NCBI GenBank assembly: GCA_024679065.1
Contig: JAGIQG010000008.1
Location: forward strand, 97,092,001 to 97,156,000
Direction: 5' to 3'
Origin: Sphyrna mokarran
Lineage: Eukaryota
Length of the DNA stretch: 64,000 nucleotides
In this document: positions 47,450-61,229 of the stretch, in pieces
Layout: each line of letters starts with the position of its first letter
Position numbering within the stretch: position 1 is the first letter of the stretch
Program-made: the position numbers and the translations under genes
Notes under the pieces: model-generated
Told to the model about the DNA's origin: nothing
Databases searched by the model: none
The model's input: the letters and a program-made list of their open reading frames with translations, nothing else

Positions 47450-50400
47450 AATAAGGAGAGAAGAATCTATGTATCTGCACTAGTAGAGAGCAGGCAATGT
47501 AAGATACTGGTGAACACAGGTGCATCCATATCAGTCATTGACCTTTTACTACAAATAGGATGATTTATCTAACAGGGATAGGAGGGAACAAAACACCCAC
47601 GAGACCATGTTAGGTATGTACAAATTATTTATTTCTATCAATTATTTATTTCTATCAAATAACAAGGGTACAATAACGGGAAATGATTTAATGAAGGAGT
47701 ATGAAATGTTGATTGACTGTGGGAAGGGAATAGGAAAACTCACGAGTCACCTTGAGACTATCAAGGTGGCCATAGCCACCACCAGAGATTGGCAATTAGA
47801 AACAAAAGGATTTGGAGCCATCTGTGCCTCTGTCCCTGGAGTATGGGCCGAAATAAAGTTAGACACTGGCCTACCCAAAATTGACCAGATAAAGATACCC
47901 AGACCAGAGCAGAAGCCCCACTGACAGTGGCCAATAAAACCGGAAGCAAAGGCAGTTGTAGTAGAAAGTGTTAAAGGATTAGTGAAGAAAGGAATCTTGC
48001 GGGAAACTGCGAGTACCACTAACTCCCCAGTGAACAAACCCGATGGAAGTTACAGACTCACAATGGACTACGCCGCCCTCAATAAAGTCATGCCCAAATT
48101 GCACCCCATTGTAGCAAGTCCCTTGACAATCCTGAATGGATTGTTACCGGAATATAAAATCTTTACCATATTAGATATAGCCAATGGATTCTGGTCCCTA
48201 CACTTGGATCCAGAATCCCAAGACAAATATGCATTTACAGTGGGAAACAAACAGTAAATTTGGACTCGCCTGTTGCAGGGATTCCATCTTCCATCGAGTA
48301 ATGAGTGACAACCTGAAAAGTATAGAATTACCAGAGGGTAGCACAATTCTACAATATGTAAATGATATATTAATAGCCTCAGAATCAAAGTCGGGACATC
48401 AGGGAGCACTATAGGTGTTGAATGAATTGAAAACTGCAGGGTTAAAGGTGAGCCCCAAAAAGGCACAAATCAGGAAATACAAGTCCTCTGTCCAGGAAAC
48501 TGAATATCACAAGGGCTTAAAGAGATGCCAACAGACTGAAAAAAGGCTATACAACAAATGCCGTAGCCAGTCACCATAAGAGGAGTCAGGAAGGTGTTGG
48601 GACAGTTCAATTATAACTGAAGTTTTATCCCAGAATTTGCAAAATTGGCAGAGGCTAGTTAAGGGGGGAAAGCCAGCTTTAAACTCTGTAGAATGGGGTC
48701 CTGAGCAAGAAGAGGCCTATAATAAGTTAAACTCAGAACAAATATCAGACTCCTGACTGGAACTCCCAGATTCCAATAAAGATTTGCACATACATGGTAA
48801 CAATGAAAGGGGGTTCAGTAGTAATGCAAGATCCTGGTGATAAATGGAGACCCATAGGTTACTATTCAACAGCAGAAAGGGCAGTAGTAACCGGACTGCC
48901 AAAGTTCATAGCTACCTTAGATTAGACTACCTGGGCCATAAAGGTTAGCGAACCAATAGTAATGACGGAAAATGTAATCCTCCACACCAAACGCACTTTG
49001 GTGGAAGTGCTAAATACAGGAAAGTTAGGGTCTGTCTTGAACATGAGAAGGGCTAAATAGGAAGTTGTTCTCCTACCTCCCAGCAAATCAGTTATAATAG
49101 AGATACAGGAGATAACTCAGCAGAAGGAATTTTGGAAACAGGAGAGCCTCATAACTGTGGAGGCATAGATATGAACACAAAAGAAGGTAAGGTAAAGAAT
49201 GTAACTTTAGCAACAGCTGAAGACACCCTTTTTGTAGATGGCTCACGTAAATATGTGGAAGGATCACTCTGGACAGGGTTGGCAGTAGTAAATGGTAGAT
49301 TGGAAATGGTAAAGACAGAAAGAATTGACAGAGGTCTATCCACGCAGGTGACAGAACTAGCAGCACTCTCAAAGACACTGAAATTGTCCAAAGGAAAGAT
49401 GGTAAATATATATATATACTAATAGCAGGTACACATTCGGGGTAATAGATGATTACATCGGGTTAGAGGGGGTTTATAACCACCAACAAAGGATTGACGC
49501 ATTACCAAAGGCCAGTGAAAAACCTTGGCAGTAATAAAAATCAAAGACATAAGAAGGAAGGAATAACCCTGATTGGTTAAGTTACTAAGGAAACCAAGCC
49601 GCAGATAGGGCAGCACAATTAGTGTTAGAACAGGAAGCAGTTGGCAAGCTGCCAATAATGGTAATAAACCAGACAGGAGGCAACATAAATGTTCGAAACT
49701 TACAGTAAGATACCTCAGAAGAGAAAAAGGGAGGTGGGAAGCACAAGGAGCGAGCAGAGAGACTGATAATGTTTGGAGGCACAATGACAAGGCACCTGAG
49801 TGCGTACAAAACACCTTGGAAGTACACCATGGACTCTCACATGCGGGAAGAGAGGCCATGGCAACTAATACTGGAAAAGAATGGCGGTGAAAAGCAATGG
49901 GGAGGGACATAGCCCGACATTGTTATCGATGCATACAACTCCAGTCAACCCATAAAAAATAATACAGGACACCAACTCCAACCAAAGGGGCCCTGTAAAC
50001 ATCTGCAAATAGATTTCACAGGGCCACTACCACAATCCCACAGCAAAACCTATTGTTTGGTTATCATAGACCAATTTACCTGGTGGGTAGAAGCATTTCC
50101 TACCAGAAATTGTACTGCTACCACAGTGGCAAGAATATTGGCGCAGGAGGTAATCCCTAGATGGGGAATATCCATACAAATTGATTCAGATCAAGGGACA
50201 CAATTCACCAGAAAGGTGGTAAAAACAGTGTGCCAATTGATGGGAATAAGACAAAAATTCCACATCCCTTACCACCCGCAGAGTTCTGGACTGGTGGAAC
50301 GCATGAACAGAACCCTTAAGAATTGCATGGCCTTGGCCATGCAAAAGTCAGGAAAAACATGGACAGAAGTGTATTATGTTGATGAATTTAAGAGCCCAGA

Positions 50401-50807
50401 CAACCAGATTAACCACTTATGAACTAATGTCAGGAAAGGCAATGCAATTACCAGAAAACATCATAACAGTTGAGGCTGATGTAGGCCCAGTAAAAGACAA
50501 AATTAAACAATATGTTTTGGAACTAAGCATACAACTAAAAAGGATGTGTAAATTAGTAAGAGACAATCAGAAAGAAAGAGATGCACAGAGAGAGCTTGAA
50601 ATGCTCCCTGACGTCCCGATGGTGGGATGTCATGTCATGGCAAAAACATTACCTGAAAAACCGGGATTTGTGCCGAAATGGAATAAGCCATGTGAGATCA
50701 TAATCAATGGAGATACCTGTGCCTGTCTGGACATGAGAGGGAAAGGTGTATGGAAACATCGGATCCAGCTGAAATTATACAAAGAAACGAATGATATTAA
50801 TAAGTGA
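47450..50807 (+). pseudogene. pol: ERV pro-pol remnant
   Basis: PR, RT, RNase H and IN motifs in retroviral order across ORFs 47607, 47982, 48184, 49132, 50057 and 50376. Confidence 0.92.
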
Positions 50808-50946
50808 ACCATAAAGTAACCAGAGTGCTTTCCCCAAAACAGGAGACGACTACAAACAAGATTAACTGAAGCGTTCGGGTTGGCAATACAGCCTTTGTGA
50901 AGTTGTTAATATAGAGTAATAAGATCAATTCTTTCCTGTTGCAAAC

Positions 50947-52375
50947 ATGTTCAAGATAGCGTATAGAATTGGATCACTATGTTGTCATGGTTGTAAAATT
51001 GACAAGACTAGAAGATAACTTATTCTACAAGGCTCATATACATTTACATAGTAATCGAACCGTGTGTTACCTGCTTGCCCAATCTGTAAAGGCCCTATTT
51101 GTGGCTACCCCTGGGTGGACAATGCCCCCCTCCACCCCCATTACTTATATATGGCGAATACCTCAGATGCACCCTGTAAAGGACAAATTGGCTAATATAA
51201 AAGGAGTATACAGGGAAGATATGTGGCACTAGTAAATTCTGCAGGTCCTGTGTGCAGGAGCTCCGGGGAGTGGGAAGGGGAGTATGCTCAGGCAATACAA
51301 GCTATCCACTTTGCTTCTTGGGGCAGGGATGAGGGTGTGCATATGCCATGGTCCCCAAAAATGTTTCCTGTATACAGACGCAGTGTGCCCATCAGCACTG
51401 TCAAGTGAACAGTGGCCAATTTACTTATACTTGTAACAAGCAAAGATGCCTGAATGTGGCTGCGGGGAGGCAATTCATTTGTGGCCAGTGTAGTGGAACT
51501 CATGTCAGCTCAGCTACATGGACATACCTGTTTGATACTTACCAATTGGTAGGATCAGGCAGAAAGTCAAAAGAACCGAGCAATTAGAGGTATATACAGT
51601 TCATACAGACCAATAACCAGGATATTAAATGTTACTGAGCCAAGAAGGGATTTGTGTTCCTTCTCAGTGACACCTTCATGATGGCAACACCAAACCTCCC
51701 GATCCTCTTTGCAATAGAAACAATCAGATCACTCACTATCCCGTGCCCTCAAAAAGGGCATATCCAGAGAAAGATAGTGATCCAGGCCATCGGCGAGAAA
51801 TTCTGTGCCGATTGGGAGGTCCCATCACGTTGGGATCATCACTCGGCTACAGGTTTACTGGGGCCCTGTCTCTGGGTAATTAGTGCCAAAAATAGAAACC
51901 ATCTTATCTGTGGATTAATCATCCTGGAAAACAGTATGTCAAAGGCACTAGAGGCTGTCAACCAAGAACTAGCTAAATTAAGGTGGCACACGCAGCAGCC
52001 AGCTATGCCATAGATTATCAGTTAGCCCAACGGGGGGAGTTTGCACAATAGTAGGAGACAAATGTATAATGCATGTTACAAATGAATCCTACAACATCAT
52101 TATGACTTAGGAAAGCAGCTCGATGACTTTAGACAAGGCCCCAAGAAGGGGAATAGCTGGCTCGAATGGTTATTGGGGCATTCCTGGGGGTCTTATGTAA
52201 TGCATGGACAGATTATCCTCATTGTAATAATAATTGTCTGCTGCCTGATTGTCAAATGTCTTACTGTCTGCTGTAAAGTCACAATGACTCGGATTGTGCC
52301 AGGGGTCAACAAGAACAGTTGATTGGAACGCCTGAAGACACCAAGGAAGATGATGACAATGAAGGAAAGGGTGAG
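50947..52375 (+). pseudogene. env: ERV env remnant
   Basis: Cys-rich SU-like fragments, heptad LENSMSKALEAVNQELAKLR, immunosuppressive-domain-like DYQLA..GVCTIVGDKC, hydrophobic TM IILIVIIIVCCLIV. Confidence 0.8.
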
Positions 52376-52505
52376 AAGATGGAAGTCTACCTGTCAATGT
52401 GTGACCTGTTGGTTATGGGTCAGGCTTATCAATTGCCGGACCCATGATGCTGCTATTGTTGGTCTGTCAGATTTTTAGAGCATAATCCTGACCAAAAGGG
52501 GGAAT

Positions 52506-52919
52506 TCTTGGAGTGAACCTAAAATTAAAAGATACAAGATGGTCACTTGGCACAAAATGGACTTTGTGAAAAGACATTTAGATGTGCTGACTTAGGCACA
52601 GACATTGCACAACAAGTTAAATCCTGTTAGTGTCTAATTACTACAGGGATTAAATCAGACCTTGAGGCCCAATGATCACCTTCGCTGAAATAAGGCAGAA
52701 CCAAAACAATGAGTTTTGTTAACAAGATCAGTCACTGAAGGAAGGGCATAAATGTATAACAATGTGCTAACTGCTAATGTCTGTATTTGTCCTCTATTTG
52801 AAAATGTATAAAAGAAGCCCTGCTGCCGTTTTAAAGTTGAAAAGGTGACTGCAAGCACTGCAAACAGCCCAAAGCTTTCTCTGATAAATCTGACTCCGAA
52901 TGGTGATTTTCCCACAACA
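52506..52919 (+). repeat. ERV 3' LTR, preceded by PPT AAAAGGGGGAA (52494-52504)
   Basis: Homologous to the 5' LTR; ends CCCACAACA followed by CTGAA. Confidence 0.9.
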
Positions 52920-55789
52920 CTGAATATTTAAATGCATTGCATATAAGTAGAAGATCATTTTTAGAAGCAAAAGTCTCTGAAAGAATTTGCAGAACATCAA
53001 GCACAATGAATGGCCATCAAACAGTGTTTTTCAGCAAGGGGACATAATATACTATAAGACAGACAATTTCAGTAAATGAAAAGGTCCAGGGAAGGTTATA
53101 GGCATAGATAGCAAAACAATTGTTTTGCAACATGGTAATCAGGCTATTAGAATACATTCACCAAAAATAATGGGTACAAGTTATATACTTGCAAATTTAG
53201 AAAGAGTAGACAAACATGATGAGGAACCAGGGTCATCTGAAACTCAAATGTTTCAGAATTATGAAGACCAGTTAGCTGAAATAGACAGCATATCTGTAGA
53301 GGAACACAATGCTTCTGATGAACTAGAACAGGCCATTTTTTCTAAACGATAACTGCCAAAGGTTGGTACAAAGGTGACATACTTGTCTGATGGGTCTAGT
53401 GAATGGAAGGATGCAACTGTCATTAGTAGAGCAGGGAAGACCACTGGAAAGTATAAATACTGGTTGAATGCACAGAATACCATGGATTGGGAACACAAAG
53501 TTCAAAAATGGAGGGCGCAGAAACAGTGTCATTTCAGACAGGAAGTCCAATAGTGAATGTGTTCACAGGCAGAGATCGAGAACTATAGAAAGAACACCCC
53601 ACAATAGGAGGGAAAGATCAAGCAGCGGTAGTACAGAACGAGATATCAAGCTGGACAGGGGGCGTGGCTTGACAAGATCTTGAAATATGTGTAAGACTAC
53701 GGATGTCGCCAGGAATAGAAGCTCAAATGCTTGAGATCTTGCTGGCTTCCACTAGATTAGATGAAAAAATTATAAAAGATGCCAGACAAAAAGAACTGCA
53801 TCATTGGAGTGAATGTGGAGTATACACGGACGTTCCAGATAGGGAACAAAGAGCTCTATTTCACAGATGGATTTGCACAGAAAAGGTGTTTACTGACGGA
53901 ACTTATAAGGCTAAGGGCAGGCTTGAGGCAAGGGGATTTGAAGAAAACTTAAAAGATCAGGATTTAAATGTGGATTCACCTACAGTAGGAATGCTTATTT
54001 TAAAGATCTTCTTGGTTCTATTAGCTACAGATGCTTGGGAATGCAAATCTATTGATATTAAAGCTGCCTTTTTTGGACAGGCATTAGCATCAAAGAAACA
54101 ATTTTCTCCACCCTCTCAATGACGCAACTAACACAGAAGAGGTACAGCAGTGATTTTGAAGCTATTGTAGTCTCTGGGCTGACAAAAAAATTCAGGGTTA
54201 GAAATGAGGCTTCAGGCACTTTCAAATATATTGGGCTGGAAATCAAACAGACTTAGTCAGGTGTCACTTTATGTCAATGGTCTTATTTGGAGAGCAGCAG
54301 CCCAACAGCTATTAGTGCAAGGCTTACAAAAGTATGCAGTAGTTTCTAAGAAGGAGAAAGAGGAACTCCAAAGTTTGATTGAACAACTAAGCTGGATAGG
54401 TAGACAGACCAGACCAGACATGAGTTTTGAGATCCTAGAGTTGAGTACCAAAATGAATGATCCTATGGTAGAAGACATAATGAGAGTAAACAAAACATTG
54501 GCCAAACTAAAAATGCAAGAATGTGTTTTGAGGTTCCTGTTTTTGGGTGATCTTAGGCACCTGAAACTCATAAATTGGCATAGGATGTGTCACTATAAAT
54601 TATATGATGGGTCCTCAATTACAGGAAGTTTTATAATATTTCTTTTGAAAAATGGAATGTTCCCACCTTGTGTGAGAAATAAAGAAAATAAAGAGAGTGG
54701 TAAAAAGCACATAGGCCGCCAAGACACAAAGCAGTAGAGGCAATGGATATGGCCTTTTATATATCCCAGATAGTAACAGAAATTTTGGGGTTAGGGGATT
54801 CACGTAAAATACCTATTGTGTCACATTGACAATAAACCCCTGTGGAAAAGTATGTACTCCACAAAAAGTGTAAATGAGAAAAGGTTGGGGATCGAACTAG
54901 CCAACTTAAAGCAAATGCTGGGTAAAGGGAAAATATCAAAAATTAAATGGGTCAATAGTAACTATCAGATATCTGATTGTTTTGCTAAGATAGAGTTGAA
55001 GGAACTTTTGGCCATTATTAAAGAAGGGCATATCTTTTTGTGAATGTATTTTTTTTTCATTTGAGAAATGTATTTAAGAAAAGGGAAGGGGAAATAGAAT
55101 GTTTTGTGTTTTCCTGTGTGGAAAACAATATTCATCAAAATATTTTTTTCTCCAAGGAAGGGGAGAATTACAGGATTTCTGGAATTTCTGGAATGGGTTA
55201 ACAGACCTTCCGATTAAGTCGTAATTTGATGTCAATTATTCAGTAGTGGTCACAGATATATAAAAGGACCACAGATGGCTGATTGGTGGTGAAGAATTGT
55301 GTGTGGAGTTGGATCAAAGAAATACTAATTTTTTTTATGAAGAAACAGAACTTGTGTCTCCTTTACTGGACAGCAACTGAGGTGCTCAAATAGTGCAGAA
55401 GGAGGTAAGTAGAATGTGGCAACCCTCACATCGCCAATGATCAACAAAATATTTCACGGGTCCCCATTACTGTTTAAGGGAATGCATTTTATTATTCATT
55501 TTTTTAACCTGATGCAGGGTTTCTTGGTTCAATTTCTTTTATAATCTTAAAATTGCACTTGTAAGCTTGGTCATGAGTTGACATTTATGATCTCATTCCA
55601 TAGGATTTTAATTGAGGTGGTGCTACTGTAATAAATTTTAAATAATTGGATTTTTATTAAATGTAATCACAAGAATTAACTATGAAAATTTTCCCTATAC
55701 ATTAATGTTTTATTTTTATAAAGATGATATTTGTGTCTCTTTTAGTATCACAGTTTTATATTTGATCACCAAATGAAGTTATTCTATTA

Positions 55790-56310
55790 TAGGAATGTAA
55801 GAACTAGGAGCCGGGGTAGGTAATTTGGCCCCTCGAGCCTTCTCTGCTCATCGATAAGACCATGGCTGGTCTTTTCGTGGACTTAGCTCCATTTACTCAC
55901 CTGCTCTCCATAACCATTAACTCCTTTATTGTTCAAAAATCTATTTTTGCCTTAAAAACATTCAACAAGGTAGCTTCAAGTGCTTCACTGGACAGGGAAT
56001 TCTACAGATTCACAATGCTTTGGTTGAAGAAATTCCTCCTCAACTCAGTCACATACCTGCTCCCCCTTATTTTGAGGCTATGCTCCCTAGTTCCGGTTTC
56101 ACTCGCCAGTGGAATCAATTTATATGTTTCTAGAAGATATTCTTCTAAGTTCCAATGAGTATAGTCCCAGTCTACTTAGTCTTTCCTCATAACTAATGCT
56201 CTCAACTCCAGAATCAACCATTGTGTATCTCTTCTGCAAACCCCCCAGTGCCAGTATATCCTTTCTCAAATAAGACTAAAACTATACACAGTACTCCAGG
56301 TTTGGTGTCA
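55790..56310 (-). mobile_element. CR1 3' fragment
   Basis: Homologous to 13965-14545. Confidence 0.8.
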
Positions 56311-56639
56311 GTCTGAATTGGAGTTCAACAGTTTAAAATGGAACACCAGTAAAATGAGGAAATAATAATACTGGTTTGAACTTTCTTCATTATGGGAAGG
56401 TGACCCCTCAATACTGAGATCGCACACCTGGTTTCCCCACAGCAACCTCTACTCTCCCAGATCTGGGAACGCAGTATCTAACTGAATTGTGGTCAGGGGA
56501 CTTGGCCCAGGTGCAGTGCTGTATTCCCCCTCCTAACCACTACAGCACTGTGCTTGGAGGAGCTGGAGAGGTTTCAGTCAATCTGATTGGCCAACAGATC
56601 TTCAAGGCGGGACTTGCTTCTAAGGGTGATTGCAAGTCA

Positions 56640-58750
56640 TGATTGCTGTCAATCAATGCTCAATTGACATCAATGTTATAAATGTTATCTGAAGCCTGAA
56701 TATTAATCAGTTGTTGCTGAAGACAAACTGCTTCAGTATTTGAGGAAATGTAAACAGTACTGAGCATTGCACAAACATCAGCAAATGTCTGAACTAATGA
56801 TGGATGGATTGCATCAATAAAGCACTTGAAGGTGGTTGGGCATAGGACACGATGCTGGAGAAATCTTAGATCAATGCCCTTGATTTGCCTCCTACAACTC
56901 ACAATTTTCTTTTGTGCTAGATATGACTCCAGTCAGTGGGGAGTTTTGCTTTGATTCTTATTAAACTCCTCCAGGGCTCTTTGATGCCACACTCAATCAG
57001 ATGCTACCTTAAAGTCATGGCCAATCATTCTCACCTCACCTTTTGAGTTTAGCTACTTTGTCTATGTTTATACCAAGGCTGTAAAGAGGCCAGAAGCTTT
57101 GTGGAGCTGTGGAACCCAAAATGAGCATTATTGAGCAGGTTATTTCTCTTTTCAATGTTAATGTCCTCAGAATGTCTGGATTACAAACCTCTTCCACTAC
57201 TATAAATACTGACATTATTCAGCATGCCCATCATTGGTGTTAATTATAAACAGCACTTTTGGATCAGATGACCAAATACTGCCCCATCGGTATACACTTA
57301 ATTATCAATAAAATTTTAGAAGGTGTAATTGGTAGTGCTATCAAGTAGCACTGATTTGGCAATAACCAGCTCATGAATATAGCAAGAACTATGGGTCTGG
57401 AAACATCCTGGGTTTAGTACAGAAAATTTGTCCAGAACCAGCAGTGCTTGAAGCCAAGCTGTTCCAGTGGAACTACAGCAATGGCAACCATTCACCAAGG
57501 TGGAACATTGTCTAGTATCTCCTGTCCACAAAAAGCAGGACAAATCCAACTTGGCCAGTTGCTTTCAATGTAGTCTCATGTATGGTCAAAGTAATAGAAG
57601 GTGCCATTGACAATGTAAAACAGTGGCACCTGTTTGGCAGTAGCCTGCTCATCAATTATGGATTCCATTCAAGATGTATTTGGCTCCAAGAACCCAATAC
57701 AGCTGTGACCCAAACAGGCACAAAGAATTAAGTTCCAGAGCTGCAGTGAGAGTGATCAATTGTGACATCAAAACAATATTTGACAGAGCATGACATCAAG
57801 GTGCCCTAGCAAAATTGAAGTAAATTGAACCAGGAGAAAGTTATCAGAGACATACCTCATGCAAAAGAAGGTGAGGTTGTTGTTGGAAGGCAACCATTTC
57901 AGTCTCAGCTCAGCTCTCAGGGAAGGGTCTTAGGTGCAAACATTTTCAGCTGCTTCATCCGTGACTTTCCTTTTATCAAAAGGAATCAGGTTGAGGTGGG
58001 GATGTTTGCTGATGACTGCAGTGTTCACTATCATTCAATAATCTGTAGATACGGCGGCAGTCTGTGCCCATATATAACAAAATTTGGACAACTTTTAAGC
58101 TTGGGCTGATAAGTAGCAGGTAACATCTCCAAGTATCAGGCAACGACCACTTCCCTCGAGGGAGTCCAATGATCTTCATTTGCCTGGTTGAGTGCAGCTC
58201 CAACACGCAAGAACCTTGACATCATTAGACCATTTAATTGATACCTCTACCAGAATATTTCCTCCCTGCACCACCGATGCACAGTGATTGCAGTGTATAA
58301 TATCCAAAAGATAGATTGCAACATCTCACCAAGCTTCCTTTGATAGTTTCTTCCAAACTTGCAACCTCTAACACCATGATGTTCAAGAGCAGCAGATGCA
58401 TAGGAATCCCACTATCTGCATGTTCCCCTTCAAGCCACATAGCATCCTGACTTGAAACTATATTGCTTGTCCTTCACTGACACGGTTCAAAATGGCAGAA
58501 AACCCTGCTTTTTGGATAAAAGCAAAGTACTGTGGATTATGGAGTTTTGATGAAGAGTCATCCAGACTTGACTCTATTCCGTCTTCACAGATGCTGTTGA
58601 ACCAGCTGAGATTTTTTAGCATTTTTTGGTCCCTCCACAGTAGTGCTGTTGATGTACTTACACTACGTGGACTGCCTCAATTCCAGAAGATGGCTCAGCA
58701 CCACCTTTTCAAGAGTAATTAGAAGATCAATGCTCATCTTGCCAGCAATG
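56640..58750. mobile_element. Old L2/CR1-group LINE fragments in both orientations
   Basis: QGRVLG..FSCFIRD..MFADDC RT motif (ORF 57825) with an inverted counterpart near 56660-57140. Confidence 0.6.
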
Positions 58751-59372
58751 TTTAGATCCAGAGGATGGATAAAAACCAAAGAACTTGGTGGGTAAGATGG
58801 AATTCATTTGGGTTGAATAGCCATAATGGGTGGATTGGCAAGAATTTTGAACAGGTAAGTGAACAGATCAACCAAGAAATCCCGGGGCAATGAGGCATGC
58901 TGGGAAACAGTTTGGTGAATGTGTGACAAAAATGTGAGTCACATAGCTGAGTTTGTGAGCTAAGAAGCATGCTGGAAAAGCAGGTGAACACGCTGGTGGG
59001 CAAATAGCAGAAATGGAAAACACTGCAACTAGGATAGTGTAGAAGTATTCTGGACAAGTGAATGAGTAGGCAACTTAGAAACATTTAAGTTTGCAAATGA
59101 ATAGTCTTGCAAAGAAAAAACTTTTCAGATGAGGAACTTTCACAGTTTAGTCTTCTTGCTTCCACATGAATAGAATCATTTCCAACTTTTTTTTGCCTCA
59201 TTCATGATATTGTCATCATGTTACTAGCATTGACTTTCTAGTTGTACTTGATTTCAGCTTGGGGGTCACATCTTTAAATATCAGTTACTGAAATCTGCTG
59301 ACAAAACTGTGGATGAAAAATGACTTTATGTGGAATGATTCAAAGGTCTTTGGGTACAATGCCAGGAAGAGC

Positions 59373-59650
59373 ATAGAATCCCCACAATGCATAAGGAGAC
59401 ATTTGACCCATAAAGCCAGCTGGGGCAACAATCTCACCCAGGTCCCTTCCCCGTAACTTCACATATTTATCCTACTAATCTCTCTGTCCACTAAGGATCA
59501 ATTTAACATAGCCAATCAATCTGACTTGCACACCTTTGGAGTGTAGGAAGAAATCAGAGTACCCAGAGGAGACCTGCACAATGATCCAAGCTGGGAATAA
59601 AACCCAGGTCTTTGGCACTGTGAGGCAGTGGTGCTAACCACTGTGTCACA
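59373..59650 (-). mobile_element. tRNA-derived SINE
   Basis: Reverse-complement homolog of 31496-31812. Confidence 0.65.
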
Positions 59651-59659
59651 TGACAAACT

Positions 59660-60455
59660 CCAGTATGACGATGGGAGAAACTAAACGTTTGCAAATGTGA
59701 GGTTATCCACTTTGGTAGAAATAATAGTAGAAGGGATTATTATTTAAAAGGCGAAAAGCTGCAGCATGCTACAGTGCAGAGGGACCTGGGGGTCCTAGTG
59801 CATGAAATCGCAAAAACCCAGTCTGCAGCAGGTGATCAAGAAGGTGTATAGAATATAAAAACAAGGAGGTCTTACTGCAACTGTACAGGGCACTGGTGAG
59901 GCCGCAGCTGCAGTACTGTGTACAGTTTTGGTCACTGCATTTTCAGAAGGATATATTGGCCTTGGAGAGAGTACAGAGAAGGTTCACTATGCTGATACCA
60001 GAGATGAGGGGGTTAGCCTATGAAGATTGAATAGACTGGGTCTGTACTCGGAGTTTAGAAGGCTGAGGTGGGATCTTATAGAGACATATAAGATAATGAA
60101 GGGGATAGATAGGGTAGAGGTAGAGAGATTCTTCCTGCTTAGAAGGGATAGCAGAACCAGAGGGCACAGCCTCAAAATAAGGGGGGCAGTTTACATCGGA
60201 GTTGAGGAGGAACCTCTCTCAAAGAATGGTGAATCTCTGGAATTCTCTGCCCGTTGAAGTGGTGGAGGCTACCTTGCTGAATACATTGAAGTCATGGGTA
60301 GATAGGTTTCTGATAGACAAGGGAATTAAGGTTATGGGGTGAAAGCGGGAAAGTGGAACAGATCCACTTCAGATCAGCCATGATCTTATTGAATGGAGGG
60401 GCAGGCTCAAAAGGCTAGATAGCCTACTCCTGCTCCTATTTCTTATGTTCTTAAA
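59660..60455 (+). mobile_element. CR1 3' part
   Basis: CEVIHFG, LVRPQLQYCVQFW, DLIETYKIMKGIDRV and TRGHSLKI motifs. Confidence 0.9.
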
Positions 60456-61073
60456 ACATAAGAAGGAGCTTGTGGCAATTGATACAGACTGAAACCGCTT
60501 TTGGGGAAGAATCTGTTATTTAGATAAACAAAAATTCAACTAATCTAAACCCAATAATTGAAGTTCCATCTTTGAACTGGAGAATAAACTTACGGTCTCT
60601 CGCATAGCCAAGCTTCTTGGAATCAGAAACCTTTATAACACTATAGCTAATGGGTGCTGCCCTGTACGCAGTCGAGGTTCTATTTTCTAAAGGAACATAA
60701 CATGACTTGGCTTTAACGCCCTTGTTCTTTTAACAGGTTGGGAAGGGCTTGGGTGCGGTGCCGTTTCAGAAAATTAGTGCGACCGAATAGTACTGTAGGG
60801 ATTCTCTAGTGAGGCAAGTGCTGGTCTCTTTCAAAATGAGCTTGAAGGACTTCTACTCCTTTTAGGTTGGAGTATTGTTGTTTTGTTTTAGTGGTTTAAA
60901 TTAAGTTGTTTTACCCCTGTAGACAACTGTACATTTCTTTATTGCAACAGTGTATCTGAATGTGTTTGATGTACTTTAGGGGGATTGAAGTGACAAGATT
61001 CACGTTGAACAAGTATTCAGTCTCCAGCCTGCCAACAGAGGGTGCGCTCGGCTTCAGGCAGCCGGCATCCGGC

Positions 61074-61116
61074 GAAAGTGAAACTCGGGGCGGCGGGGGA
61101 AGAGAGACACTTCCTG
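61074..61116 (+). promoter_or_regulatory. ISRE/IRF element, GC box and ETS site in a CpG-rich proximal promoter
   Basis: GAAAGTGAAACT (61074-61085), GGGGCGG (61087-61093), CACTTCCTG (61108-61116), within ~80 bp upstream of ATG 61154. Confidence 0.7.
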
Positions 61117-61153
61117 CTTCTGGGGCCGAGAAAGGGGGAGAGGGACAGAGAAA

Positions 61154-61229
61154 ATGGAGATTGTAGGCCGTACCCGGAACCTGTGGCCACTCTTGCTGGC
61201 AATGCTGGTGACTCTAGTACCGCTTTCAG
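61154..61229 (+). CDS. Exon 1 (signal peptide) of a second gene continuing beyond the window, possible B7-H6-like paralog
   Basis: aaaATGG Kozak context; MEIVGRTRNLWPLLLAMLVTLVPLS; phase-1 donor CAG|gtaaagga, identical to exon 1 of the first gene. Not in the ORF track. Confidence 0.75.

Larger units (their letters stand above)
44836..52919 (+). mobile_element. Endogenous retrovirus, full-length but decayed (LTR-gag-pro-pol-env-LTR)
   Basis: Paired LTRs, PBS, PPT, TSD CTGAG/CTGAA. Protease VNTGAS; RT LDIANGFW and YVND; RNase H FVDGS; IN WVEAFP, DSDQG, YHPQSSGLVERMN; env ISD and TM remnants. Many stops and frameshifts. Confidence 0.95.
44329..55375 (+). mobile_element. Ty1/copia-type LTR retrotransposon remnant (IN-RT-RNase H order), split by an ERV
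   Basis: IN (VAIDLK, KFLTDIGREF, AESPFSNG) at 44329-44835 resumes at 52920 (YLNALH..). RT has KAKGRLEARGF and SIDIKAAF. RNase H has IDNK..KRLGIE..QISDCFAK. Purine tract near 55155 precedes an LTR-like segment. Confidence 0.85.

Noticed and set aside
59190-59280. Possible second, very decayed NUCB2 exon upstream of the second leader exon
   Set aside because: Only patchy nucleotide similarity (ATGAATGAGGCA) to 206-298 and no coherent translation; cannot be told from chance by eye.
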